Of a DNA stretch of 26,936 bases, positions 1 through 8,732 are shown piece after piece. This DNA is from Acidobacteriota bacterium (GTDB lineage: Bacteria > Acidobacteriota > UBA6911 > JACQSX01). The notes under the pieces were generated by a model. It was not told the origin of the DNA, did not search any database, and worked only from the letters and a program-made list of their open reading frames with translations. Position numbers and translations under genes: made by a program. The DNA lies in the NCBI GenBank assembly GCA_036507075.1, contig DASXQR010000171.1, positions 1-26,936 of the forward strand. The letters run 5' to 3'. Positions within the stretch are counted from its first letter, which is position 1. Each line of letters starts with the position of its first letter.

Positions 1-399
1 GTCGTCCGGAAGGCGCTCCAAAAAAGCGATTCAAATCTGAAATTATGGACTCCGGTGTCCGGCGAGCACGTGAGTGACGGGAAATCGACTGATTTCAAGG
101 CCCACGTGGATGTGATCAATCTTAAGATTCTGAGTGCGAAGGACGTACCCAAATTGGACCGCATTGTGGATCGTGCTCAAAAATTGTTTCCGGGCAAATC
201 GATTGTTGTAACCTGCCCCCTTTGGGATCACGCTTCGCAAGCCCCCATGCCTCTAAGCGTCCTCAAGCAGCAATGGAATCGCGTGCTTGATTATGTTCAA
301 GGGGGCAGAATTTCCGGGTATGTCATCTTTGCCAGCTTTCTCATCGACAGCGTGCAGGAGCAGGCCCGGTGGGTGCGGGGCTTCATCGCGGCAAATTAG
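1..399 (+). CDS. 5'-partial uncharacterised putative TIM-barrel protein, paralog 1 of 4
   Basis: Frame is open from base 1 (VVRKALQKSDSNLKLW...). It shares LKLW, DVINL, FPGK, QQW and the C-terminal LIDxxQEQARWxRxFIAAN with the next three ORFs. Confidence 0.9.
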   Translation, partial: VVRKALQKSDSNLKLWTPVSGEHVSDGKSTDFKAHVDVINLKILSAKDVPKLDRIVDRAQKLFPGKSIVVTCPLWDHASQAPMPLSVLKQQWNRVLDYVQGGRISGYVIFASFLIDSVQEQARWVRGFIAAN

Positions 400-424
400 T
401 GCGGGCTGACGGGGAATCGACGCT

Positions 425-700
425 GTAAAGGCGCGACGCGTCGCGTCTGCGCTTTTGCCGGCCTGAGGGCCGTCTTTGTGTGGCAGTTTACCTCGCGGAG
501 AGACGGCCTGAGGGCCGTCTCAGGGAATTTTACATTTTGTAAGTAGAGACGGCCCTCAGGACTTCGGACATGTGTAGAGACGGCCCGGTGGGCCGTCTCC
601 TGCAGAAGCGTTGCTTAATTCCGGAGGAGAACGCCCCATCGGGGCGTCTCTACGATAGCGCTGCGAAGCAGCGCCCAGAGACGGCCCCCAGGCCGTCTCT
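425..700. repeat. Cluster of GTAG-type REP-like palindromes (BIME/REPIN-like)
   Basis: Hairpins GAGACGGCC-TGAG-GGCCGTCTC (500-521), GTAGAGACGGCCC-GGT-GGGCCGTCTC (574-599), ACGCCCC-ATC-GGGGCGTCTCTAC (631-653, GTAG on the minus strand) and AGAGACGGCC-CCCA-GGCCGTCTCT (677-700). Partial or degenerate copies at 425-448, ~459-475 and 543-560. Confidence 0.85.
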
Positions 701-851
701 CCGATCATCCTTTTTTCGCAAAACGCGTCATGCCGTATCTTCACACCCGGAAGATCCAGGAAGACGGCGCGGCGGCCAGTCTTCGCTTGTACCGAATCAC
801 GAGTGCAAATCCTCGAGCGCCAGGCGGAATAAATCTCGGATGAGGAATACC

Positions 852-1757
852 ATGCTATCTATTTCACGGCGGGAACTGCTTAAACAAGCATCGATGTTGC
901 CGGCTGCTGCCGCGCTGGGCACCCTCACTGCTCAGGCAGTGAAGCCGGGCAGCGTGGCGTCGGCAGGATGGTCCTGGGAAGGACACGGGTTTACCGGTGG
1001 AGCGGGCCTGTCGATATTTGGTGTAGGAGAAGGCGCCAGGTACTGGGGGCTGAAGAAGGCGTTTCACATGTGGCGCCAGTCCGACGAGTTGGGGATGGGG
1101 AAATTGGGCTTTTGCGACGAGGTAATCTGCGAAGTTTCGAAAACACGACCGATCCGCTGCGGGGACTACTGTATACAGACCCACTATGACCCGAAGCTTC
1201 CGGTTCTGCTTGAAGAGGTCAAAATTGCGGCGCACCTCTCCCTGGGCCATCCAAACATCACGGGAGTCTACATTGACGATACTTTGGGAAAAGGCAAGCC
1301 ATCGTCGCTTAAGCCGGATCAGTATCAGACAGTCCATGAAACTCTAACCAAGATCAATCCGAAATTGAAGCTTTGGGCGCTGGTATTCGCGACCCAGTTG
1401 GCCAAGGAATCCTTTACGGATTACCTGCCGAATATGGATGTGATCAACCTCTGGATTTGGAACGCGGATGATCTGCGGGAAGTGGAGCGCAATGTCGAGA
1501 AATGCCGTGAGGTCTTTCCTGATAAGCCGATCAATCTCGGCTGCTTCCTCTGGGATTTTCCTTCCATGAAGTTTTCTAAAGGCAATTTTGTCAAAGGCCG
1601 GGCGGTCCCCATGGAGGGATTGAAAAATCAATGGGAGCGGATTCCTAAGTGGCTCGAAAGTGGCCACATTACCGGATACTCCATTCTGGCCGCCTTCCTG
1701 ATAGATGCAGCGCAGGAACAAGCTCGTTGGATCCGCGATTTCATCGCAGCAAATTGA
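852..1757 (+). CDS. Tat-exported uncharacterised putative TIM-barrel (glycosidase-like) protein, paralog 2
   Basis: GAGGA RBS at 842-846 before ATG 852. MLSISRRELLKQASMLPAAAALGTLTAQA is a twin-arginine signal with an AQA cleavage site. Family motifs GWSWEGHG and GVYIDD. Confidence 0.88.
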   Translation: MLSISRRELLKQASMLPAAAALGTLTAQAVKPGSVASAGWSWEGHGFTGGAGLSIFGVGEGARYWGLKKAFHMWRQSDELGMGKLGFCDEVICEVSKTRPIRCGDYCIQTHYDPKLPVLLEEVKIAAHLSLGHPNITGVYIDDTLGKGKPSSLKPDQYQTVHETLTKINPKLKLWALVFATQLAKESFTDYLPNMDVINLWIWNADDLREVERNVEKCREVFPDKPINLGCFLWDFPSMKFSKGNFVKGRAVPMEGLKNQWERIPKWLESGHITGYSILAAFLIDAAQEQARWIRDFIAAN

Positions 1758-1768
1758 GGAGCAATGCC

Positions 1769-2644
1769 GTGAAAGTCCATTCTCGACGTGATCTGTTAGC
1801 AGCCGGCATGAAGGGGCATGGCTCGGCCTCGCCGGCCAGCCGTTTGGTGCAGTCGATCCGTCCCAGGAATCTGGCGAGCGCCGGGTGGTCCTGGGAGGGT
1901 CAGGGATTCAACGCGCCGATGGCCCCGTCTGTTTACGGAGCGGGCGAAGGTGCCGCGTATTTCGGCCTCAATAAGGCCATTTTCATGTACCACCCCAACA
2001 ACGAACTGGCCTTGGAGAAGCTCCGCTCCCTTCAAGAGGTAGTCTGCGACATTACGAAGTGGAAGCAGGTTGCGATCGCCTACGGCGGTGCTGAACTTCA
2101 CTCCGACACTCGGCCGACCACCGTCCATGAGGAAGCCGAAAATGTGGCGCGCCTTGCTTCTTCTTTCGCCAACGTGAAGGGGGCTTACTTTGACGATATG
2201 CTGGCGCAGTCCAAGTTTGGAGCACTCTCGTCCGAGGAGTACACCTCGGTCCGCGACACATTGCGAAAAGCCGGTTCTGAATTGAAACTCTGGGCAGTGG
2301 TTTATCCCAGCGAGCTGGATGGAAAGGACTGGACCGGTTTTAAACCTCAAATGGATGTGATCAATCTGCGGATTCCGGCCGCGAAAGATCTGCCTAACCT
2401 GGACCGGTACGTGAAAAAGTGCAGGGAATTGTTTCCCGGCAAGGCCCTTGTCCTGACTGGTTACCTTTGGGATTATTCGACGAAAAGTCCGATCCCTCTG
2501 AATTTGCTGAAGCAACAGTGGGAGTCGATGGTGAAATACATTGAGGAAGGCAAGATCACAGGTTACGTGATTTTCGCAGCCTTCCTCATCGACGGAAACC
2601 AGAAGGAAGCCCGCTGGGTAAAGGACTTTATCGCCGCGCACTGA
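1769..2644 (+). CDS. Uncharacterised putative TIM-barrel protein, paralog 3
   Basis: GAGGAG RBS at 1756-1761 then GTG 1769 (VKVHSRRDLL). Motifs GWSWEGQG, GAYFDD and FLIDGNQKEARWVKDFIAAH. Confidence 0.88.
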   Translation: MKVHSRRDLLAAGMKGHGSASPASRLVQSIRPRNLASAGWSWEGQGFNAPMAPSVYGAGEGAAYFGLNKAIFMYHPNNELALEKLRSLQEVVCDITKWKQVAIAYGGAELHSDTRPTTVHEEAENVARLASSFANVKGAYFDDMLAQSKFGALSSEEYTSVRDTLRKAGSELKLWAVVYPSELDGKDWTGFKPQMDVINLRIPAAKDLPNLDRYVKKCRELFPGKALVLTGYLWDYSTKSPIPLNLLKQQWESMVKYIEEGKITGYVIFAAFLIDGNQKEARWVKDFIAAH

Positions 2645-2755
2645 CATCGAGTTGATAATCGCGTTGGACCACGCAGCCGCCCAAGCGGACCTTGAAAGTG
2701 GCACTTCTTTACTCGCCACGAGGGGTGTTATATCCCGAGTCGCTTGCTTAACGCT

Positions 2756-2848
2756 TTCACCGCGGAGGCGCCGAGAACGCCAAGCTTCGCGGAGATTGGC
2801 AATGGAATCTCTGCGGGAACTCGGCGTTCCTTGCGGCTCTGCGGTGAA
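2756..2848. repeat. Long imperfect inverted repeat (~40-bp stem) built from nested CGCxGAG units
   Basis: TTCACCGCGGAGGCGCCGAGAACGCCAAGCTTCGCGGAGATT pairs with AATCTCTGCGGGAACTCGGCGTTCCTTGCGGCTCTGCGGTGAA around a short loop, with several G-T pairs. Confidence 0.8.
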
Positions 2849-2968
2849 CAAAAATGTGGCAATCTTAGCGGTTTTCCGTTTGGACAACGCCCCCATACAC
2901 GCGCGGCTCGGGCAGTCTGCCGGACTGTTGTATCCACAACCCTTTTCGAATTCCTTTTAGAGGCATAC

Positions 2969-3874
2969 ATGAATCCTATTTCGCGACGAGAACTGGTCAG
3001 CAGTATCCGGGGAGGTTTTGAACCGCCGGCGATTCAGGGCGCCGCTTCGAAAGTTCGGCCCGGCAAGCTTGCCGATTTCGGGTGGTCATGGGAAGGACAG
3101 GGGTTGACCGGTGGTGCAGGTCTGTCGATTTTTGGAGTCGGCGAAGGGGCTGAGTATTGGGGTTTGCGAAAAGTCATTTATATGTTCCAGCCGGCCAGCA
3201 CGCTGGCGTTGGAGAAGCTTCGTCAATTCGAGGAGGTGGTCTGCGAAATCACGCCTGCGGCGCGGCCGATCCACTGTGGAAGTAATTGTATTCAAATGGA
3301 CGGTTTAACAGCCTACGGCCAGAGACAGGACGACCTTTTCAGTGAAGCAGAAGCCACGGGACGACTCTCGCTGACCTACCGAAATATAACAGGCGGTTAC
3401 ATCGACGACTCGCTTGGTCGTCCCGACAGGAAGCCCAACGCGTTTACGCCCGAGCTCTTTGGTTCAGTGCACCAAAAGCTTATCAGCGCGAATTCGAAGC
3501 TGAAGATGTGGGCGATGATCTGGACCAAGCAGTTGGATGACGAGGATTGGGCCGGCTTCAAGCCTTACATGGATGTTGTCAAAGTTGGCATACCGTGGAA
3601 TACCATGGAGAAAGAGTTACCGGAGCTTGACCGCCATATCGAAAAGTGCCGGGAAGTCTTTCCCGGCAGACCCATCATCCTAGACAGCTTGATTTACCAA
3701 TTCGCACCGATCATGCGCGCTATGCCGATGGAACTGCTCAAGACGCAGTGGGAACGCATACTTAAGTATGTCCAGGAAGGCAAGGTTGATGGTTATGCTA
3801 TTCTTGCAAGTTTTCTCATAGATGGAGCTCAGGAGCAAGCTCGCTGGATTCGGGATTTCATCGCGGCCAACTAG
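2969..3874 (+). CDS. Uncharacterised putative TIM-barrel protein, paralog 4
   Basis: AGAGG RBS then ATG 2969 (MNPISRRELV). Motifs GWSWEGQG, GGYIDD and FLIDGAQEQARWIRDFIAAN. Confidence 0.88.
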   Translation: MNPISRRELVSSIRGGFEPPAIQGAASKVRPGKLADFGWSWEGQGLTGGAGLSIFGVGEGAEYWGLRKVIYMFQPASTLALEKLRQFEEVVCEITPAARPIHCGSNCIQMDGLTAYGQRQDDLFSEAEATGRLSLTYRNITGGYIDDSLGRPDRKPNAFTPELFGSVHQKLISANSKLKMWAMIWTKQLDDEDWAGFKPYMDVVKVGIPWNTMEKELPELDRHIEKCREVFPGRPIILDSLIYQFAPIMRAMPMELLKTQWERILKYVQEGKVDGYAILASFLIDGAQEQARWIRDFIAAN

Positions 3875-4099
3875 CCAAGATCATGACCAGCTCTCTCAAC
3901 GCTGAAGGTTGGAATTGGGACGCGAGGCATGACGTTTGGCTTGGCTCGAACGATACTAACTAATTCACACAAAAATTGTTGCTGAAACCGCCGAGCCGCA
4001 AGGGGCGATGCAGGGACGGATCAAACAGCTTTCCGTCTTTTACCGATGACGCGGGGGGAACCCCGAGAATCGCCGAAACTACAAAAGCCTTGATAAATG

Positions 4100-5062
4100 C
4101 TAATTGATTCTGCGTAACTTGGTGACGCGGCCATCTGAAATCCATTCGACTACATAGATGTTACCCTGTGAATCCCAGCATGCCGCGTGAGGGGAAATAA
4201 ATGCCCCGCTTTTCCTCTCCTCGGGAGGGATATTCGGCCAGTCGGATCTTTCCCATACTCCGGGATTATCTCCCAGGTGGACAATCGGCTTATAGTTCCT
4301 GTCCAGGATAGTCACTTGACCATGCAGATCAGGAACTAGTAACTCATCGCCGCGCTGATCGAAGTGACATGGGAAACGAAGGCCCTCGTACACGAATCCT
4401 ATGTGACTGCCACCGAGCGTGAAAGTTTGGATGCGGTGATTGCTGCGATCCGCCACAACCACCACTGGCGTCGCACCTCGCGTGTCCACCCAGATTCCGT
4501 GCGGTCCGTTCAGCCTGCCCGGTCCACTTCCTTTCCCGCCCCACGACCGGATATAGTTAGCGTCTGAATTGTACTGGTGTATCCAGCCACCGTGATTCTC
4601 TCGATCGCCAGACGCCGTCTGGCCGTAGCCGTCAGCCACATAGAAGTCGCCGTTCGGTGCCAGGGCTACATTTGTCGGCTGATAATCTTCTGCCTTTTTG
4701 TAAACCTCCTTGAGAGGTGGAGCATCGAGCGTCCAGCATATTTCGCCGTCCAGCGTAGTCCTGACTACCACATGCCGCACGTAGTCGGTCAAATACAAGT
4801 ATTCGCGATCTCGCTCACGGTTCAAAAACATACCGTGAGCGCCGTGTTGGAATAGCGGGCCCCAGGATTTAACAAAGCTCCCCTCGGAATCAAAAATGAT
4901 CACAGCGTCCTTGCTTTGATTGAACACAAAGATGCGGTCCTGGGAGTCCACCACGACGCCATGCGTATAACCGTATTTGACGCCCTCTGGCATAGTTCCC
5001 CACTGTTCGATAACTTCGTAAACATGGGAGCCACTACCCAGAACGACGGATTCTGTCAGCAT
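4100..5062 (-). CDS. NHL-repeat beta-propeller, PAL-like (peptidyl-alpha-hydroxyglycine alpha-amidating lyase family)
   Basis: NHL repeats carry GAHGM, VADGYG, GPHGI, VADRSNHRIQ and SPHAA motifs. Start placed at ATG 5062 (MLTESV); no signal peptide. Confidence 0.8.
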   Translation of the reverse strand: MLTESVVLGSGSHVYEVIEQWGTMPEGVKYGYTHGVVVDSQDRIFVFNQSKDAVIIFDSEGSFVKSWGPLFQHGAHGMFLNRERDREYLYLTDYVRHVVVRTTLDGEICWTLDAPPLKEVYKKAEDYQPTNVALAPNGDFYVADGYGQTASGDRENHGGWIHQYNSDANYIRSWGGKGSGPGRLNGPHGIWVDTRGATPVVVVADRSNHRIQTFTLGGSHIGFVYEGLRFPCHFDQRGDELLVPDLHGQVTILDRNYKPIVHLGDNPGVWERSDWPNIPPEERKSGAFISPHAACWDSQGNIYVVEWISDGRVTKLRRIN

Positions 5063-5367
5063 AAGGTTACCTGTTTGTTCGGGCGCCACGTCCGCCAAAT
5101 CTATTTCACTGGCACTTGACGGGCGTGGCTACCCGCTTGGGAAGACAAACTCCGACATTGTTGCTCCTAAGGGAGCGACGTTTAGATTCAGAAGCGAAAG
5201 CTCAAGACAAATGTATTCCCAAAATCCAGAACACCGCTGTCAAGCCGATCCGTCCTGATTTGGCTGCTAACGTTCAGCGGGCCCATTTGTGTCAGGGACG
5301 TTCGCACTCCAACGTTGTCGAAGCTTGATCAGATCGGAGACCGGGAAAGCACCGGGCGTCTTCAGAC

Positions 5368-7881
5368 TTACGGCTGAACAACGCCAGTTCGCAAAAAGTC
5401 ATTGTATCGAGCTCTGTATTCTCGCTTGTAATCCTGCACGGTATTGTCAAAGTTCATCTCTCGTGTCCCGGGCTTGACTCTCCCTCTGACCTTTACGGTT
5501 CGCGCGTTTGGAGACAGCACTATCAAACCGTTCTGAGCCTTGACCGCCTGTCCATCGGCTTCGATTTGCTCCGCTTCAAAAAACCACGGGATCCTGATAA
5601 TTACGCGCTCCGGAGCCTGTCTGAATTGGTGCTCGAGCCTAATTTCCAGGTTCCAATGCGCCAAGCTGGAATTTACCTTTAATTCCGCACTCACGGGTCC
5701 GAACTCTGTTGCTGAATTGATAACTTCGATTTTCTTGCCTGGCTGCAGCCAGGCGGGCGACAGGGCTGAAAAAAAATAGAGATCATTCTTGTATTCACGC
5801 ACCAGCATGTTGCGGAGCAACTCGATTGTTTTTCCGGAGGCCGGGCCATCCGGTATTAAGTTGTGAACGAGTTGATCGCGGGTGCTCCAGGGATCCGTGC
5901 CCCATTCTTGCGGCGCATGCGTCGATGTGGTGTGAAGCAGCAACGAATATAAATCTCGAACCGCCAGCGCCTGATCCTCCTCCGAACCTCTTACCAGGTG
6001 GTTCTGAGCGTTATCCGGGGTGTGCCAGTAATGGAGGTGGGGTTTCGGATCAAAGATGAATCCCTGTCCTCGTCTTGCATTCACCGCAAGTTCCTCGAGA
6101 TCCACAGGCCAATCTTCTCTCGCAATCGGCCTTTCTCTGACATAATCCAGGATACCCTCGACATAGGTCTTCCTTGATTGCTGAATCGTCGCTGTCACTC
6201 TCGGATCGAATGGCTCAAAAAGCAATTCAGGGTAGAGTGTCAACAGGTTGTCCCAATTATTGCCCAGCAAAGTCTTCTCGAGAGCGGGCGGAATGTAGCC
6301 ATTGCTCTTGGCAGTCTGGAGGGACAATTGCCGCTCGAAAACCTTCCAGAAGCGGTCGTATTCTCTGCTGATGCGTTCGATGTCATCCGCTTTGCCCATC
6401 GCCTGGGCCATTCTGAGGGCATTCTTCAAGCCGATCAGGATCCACATATTCTGGCCCGTATGTCGGACGTTCGCGAGCATTGCGTCGTCTCCGATTGAAA
6501 CAGGCGGCAGCAGGCCAAGCGCGTCTTTCTCTGTCATTCCCTTCAGCCAATCCATTGCGCGGGGCACGCTGGGATAAACTTCCTGAAGAAAGGATTTGTC
6601 GCGCGTCAGAAGATAGTGTCGACCCAAGCTCCATAGCGCACAACCAAACGTCTCGTAAAGCTTGTACTCACGACCGGGAACTATGAAGGCGCCATCGGGT
6701 GCCTGGGCCGTCCGGGAATACACCAGTGCCTTGCGGGCAATGTCCTCCAAACCCATATAGTCCAGGCCTATCAGCATGTGAGCTGTATCGGAACCGCCAT
6801 AATAACGATGATATTGAAATTTATTCACGTTCGGAATGTAATCGTTACCGACCTTATCTATAGCCAGCAAATCATAAACCGTGTTAGCCAGAAGATAGTG
6901 TTGGACCTTTTCTTCCGGAAACCGAAGTCTGGCCCTGCCTGCTAATTGTTCCCAGGTCGATATAGTCGATGCAAAATGTCTCTCATACTCTGCTGCGTCG
7001 ATTTGTCTGGCTTCCGGCGAACTCTCTTGTACAGGCACGAGCGGCATCTTAAATACAAGGCTACGACTCTCGCCCGGATGGAGCCGGATGCGATAAGTGG
7101 CTACACCCATCGGCGTATGAGGATCCAAAGTATGCTTTGGATCCGGATTTACCGTAACCTCTCCGCTGAAATACCTTAGAGCTCTTAAGCCTGTATCCTC
7201 CAGGGCGAGTGATGCCTGGTGCGGGCGGGGGTCGGACGAAAATAGATAAAGGATTCGGCCATTTCGGGACAACCCGTTTTGGGTAAACGCATATTTCCAA
7301 TCAGGATTAAACTTCACCTGGCCTTCCGTATATTTGGCCGGAATCAAGTCAAATCGCTGTTCGAAACGATAGTCCGCCATACCGACCAGCTTGTTGGTGG
7401 GGCCGGTAAAGCGATATGCCGAACTGAGGAATGCAGCGCGACTCTCCTGACCCTGGTTGGATACTTCCACTTTTACGAAGTTCAACGGCATATCTCCAAG
7501 ATCCCCGCCGAGACTGGATGCGAACATTGTAAAGTTGTAACGTACACCGTGCTGCGAGACTTCGTACTGCACGATTGGCAGATAACCTTTATAAAGTGTT
7601 TTGATTCGTTTATTGACCGGCTGCAGCGGATTCCCGATAAAAAACATCAGTTCACCAAACCCGGTAAAAATGTATCCTTCCGGTGTAACTTCACTCGCCA
7701 CGGGAGAGTAGAGCGCCCCGATGACATCGGTCGGGTGCCAGAAGTACGAAAACGGCTCACTATCTGAATCTATCGCTGGATCCAGCATTCCCCCTGCGAT
7801 CTGCGCTCTCAGGGTATTCTCCGGCAAAGTGCAACAAAACCATGCGATCACAGCCAGGCTGGCAACAAGTCGTCGGTTCAC
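5368..7881 (-). CDS. Secreted six-hairpin (alpha/alpha)6 glycosidase-like protein, family unassigned
   Basis: 837 aa with AGGAGG RBS and a Sec-type signal peptide. A beta-rich N-terminal half is followed by helical segments (LWSLGRHYLLTRDKSFLQEVYP, GLLPP, LLRNMLVRE) typical of six-hairpin glycosidases. Confidence 0.7.
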   Translation of the reverse strand: MNRRLVASLAVIAWFCCTLPENTLRAQIAGGMLDPAIDSDSEPFSYFWHPTDVIGALYSPVASEVTPEGYIFTGFGELMFFIGNPLQPVNKRIKTLYKGYLPIVQYEVSQHGVRYNFTMFASSLGGDLGDMPLNFVKVEVSNQGQESRAAFLSSAYRFTGPTNKLVGMADYRFEQRFDLIPAKYTEGQVKFNPDWKYAFTQNGLSRNGRILYLFSSDPRPHQASLALEDTGLRALRYFSGEVTVNPDPKHTLDPHTPMGVATYRIRLHPGESRSLVFKMPLVPVQESSPEARQIDAAEYERHFASTISTWEQLAGRARLRFPEEKVQHYLLANTVYDLLAIDKVGNDYIPNVNKFQYHRYYGGSDTAHMLIGLDYMGLEDIARKALVYSRTAQAPDGAFIVPGREYKLYETFGCALWSLGRHYLLTRDKSFLQEVYPSVPRAMDWLKGMTEKDALGLLPPVSIGDDAMLANVRHTGQNMWILIGLKNALRMAQAMGKADDIERISREYDRFWKVFERQLSLQTAKSNGYIPPALEKTLLGNNWDNLLTLYPELLFEPFDPRVTATIQQSRKTYVEGILDYVRERPIAREDWPVDLEELAVNARRGQGFIFDPKPHLHYWHTPDNAQNHLVRGSEEDQALAVRDLYSLLLHTTSTHAPQEWGTDPWSTRDQLVHNLIPDGPASGKTIELLRNMLVREYKNDLYFFSALSPAWLQPGKKIEVINSATEFGPVSAELKVNSSLAHWNLEIRLEHQFRQAPERVIIRIPWFFEAEQIEADGQAVKAQNGLIVLSPNARTVKVRGRVKPGTREMNFDNTVQDYKREYRARYNDFLRTGVVQP

Positions 7882-7943
7882 TTTCGTTCCTCCTGTTCAA
7901 ATTTCAAAGCGCGTCGCAACATTTGTGGTCGGTACCGCTGCCG

Positions 7944-8708
7944 CTAGGTTATGGTGATGCCTCCGTCGGCCACGATGACGGCGCCGTTGAGATAGGAAGA
8001 TTCGTCGCACGCCAGAAAAAGTGCGACTTTGGCGATTTCCTCGGGTGTGCCATAACGGCCCAGCGGAGTCTTCTTAAAGAACGCCGCCTCGTCGTAAGCC
8101 GGATTGTTCAGGTTGCTTTCATAAAGCATGGGAGTGTAGATCGCAGCGGGTGCAATGCAATTAACGCGGATGTTCCTGGGTCCGTACTCGACAGCCATGG
8201 ATCTCGTCAAAGAAACCGTGGCTCCCTTGCTGGCCGTATAAGCGTCACAGCCGGGGATTCCGATTACGCCGGCACTGGAAGCCGTGGTGATAACGGAACC
8301 CCCTCCGCTTTTTATCATCAGGGGAAGGCCATACTTGCAGCAGTGGAACAATCCACTCAGATTCACTGCGATAATCCTGTTCCAGGCATCGAGGCCCAAC
8401 TCCGTCACGGGTGCATCCTGTTTGCCGAGGAAGATAGAGGCGTTGTTGTAAATGACGTGCAATCCGCCGAAGAGGTGATTAACGCGACAAAACGCATTCC
8501 GAACAGACTCGGGATCGGCAACATCCACTTGAAGGAGGTGGGCTTCGCCGCCTCGCTCGCGGATTTCTCTCTCGACTTCCAACCCGCTCTTTTCATCGAT
8601 TTCAAAGAGAGCGATTCCTGCGCCTTCCCGCGCGAAAAGGTCGGCGGCTGCCCGACCGATGCCGCGCCCGGCTCCGGTGATTGCGGCTACTTTGTTCTTC
8701 AGTTTCAT
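7944..8708 (-). CDS. Classical SDR family NAD(P)-dependent oxidoreductase
   Basis: TGAGRGIG, NNAS, catalytic YTASK, IRVNCIAP and C-terminal DGG. The acidic FEID after beta-2 suggests NAD(H). Confidence 0.95.
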   Translation of the reverse strand: MKLKNKVAAITGAGRGIGRAAADLFAREGAGIALFEIDEKSGLEVEREIRERGGEAHLLQVDVADPESVRNAFCRVNHLFGGLHVIYNNASIFLGKQDAPVTELGLDAWNRIIAVNLSGLFHCCKYGLPLMIKSGGGSVITTASSAGVIGIPGCDAYTASKGATVSLTRSMAVEYGPRNIRVNCIAPAAIYTPMLYESNLNNPAYDEAAFFKKTPLGRYGTPEEIAKVALFLACDESSYLNGAVIVADGGITIT

Positions 8709-8732
8709 CGTGGTTGAAGCATAGCCCCGGAC

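Noticed and set aside
425..700. Possible CRISPR array
   Set aside because: The repeats occur in both orientations, vary in sequence and spacing, and no cas genes are present. They fit REP-type palindromes.
570..851. Long N-terminal extensions in the ORF track (570, 1649, 2744; also 11227 and 22721 on the minus strand)
   Set aside because: They run through repeats or neighbouring genes. RBS position, signal peptides and paralog alignment support the downstream starts.
1796..2896. 366-aa minus-strand ORF
   Set aside because: Antisense shadow of paralog 3 with no recognisable motifs.
4013..4041. GGGACGGA...TCCGTCTTTT as an intrinsic terminator
   Set aside because: The 11-nt loop, short U-tract and ~140-nt distance from the stop make it too weak to call.
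5225..5310. attC-like fragments (TGCTAAC...GTTCGCA hairpin; CAGAACACCGCTGTCAAGCCG)
   Set aside because: About 43 bp is too short, the inner arms pair poorly, and there is no cassette-like gene context.
7842..8717. 291-aa plus-strand ORF, and similar antisense ORFs at 13064-13840 and 15209-15988
   Set aside because: Antisense to well-supported genes. Long antisense frames are common opposite SDRs and in GC-rich coding DNA.
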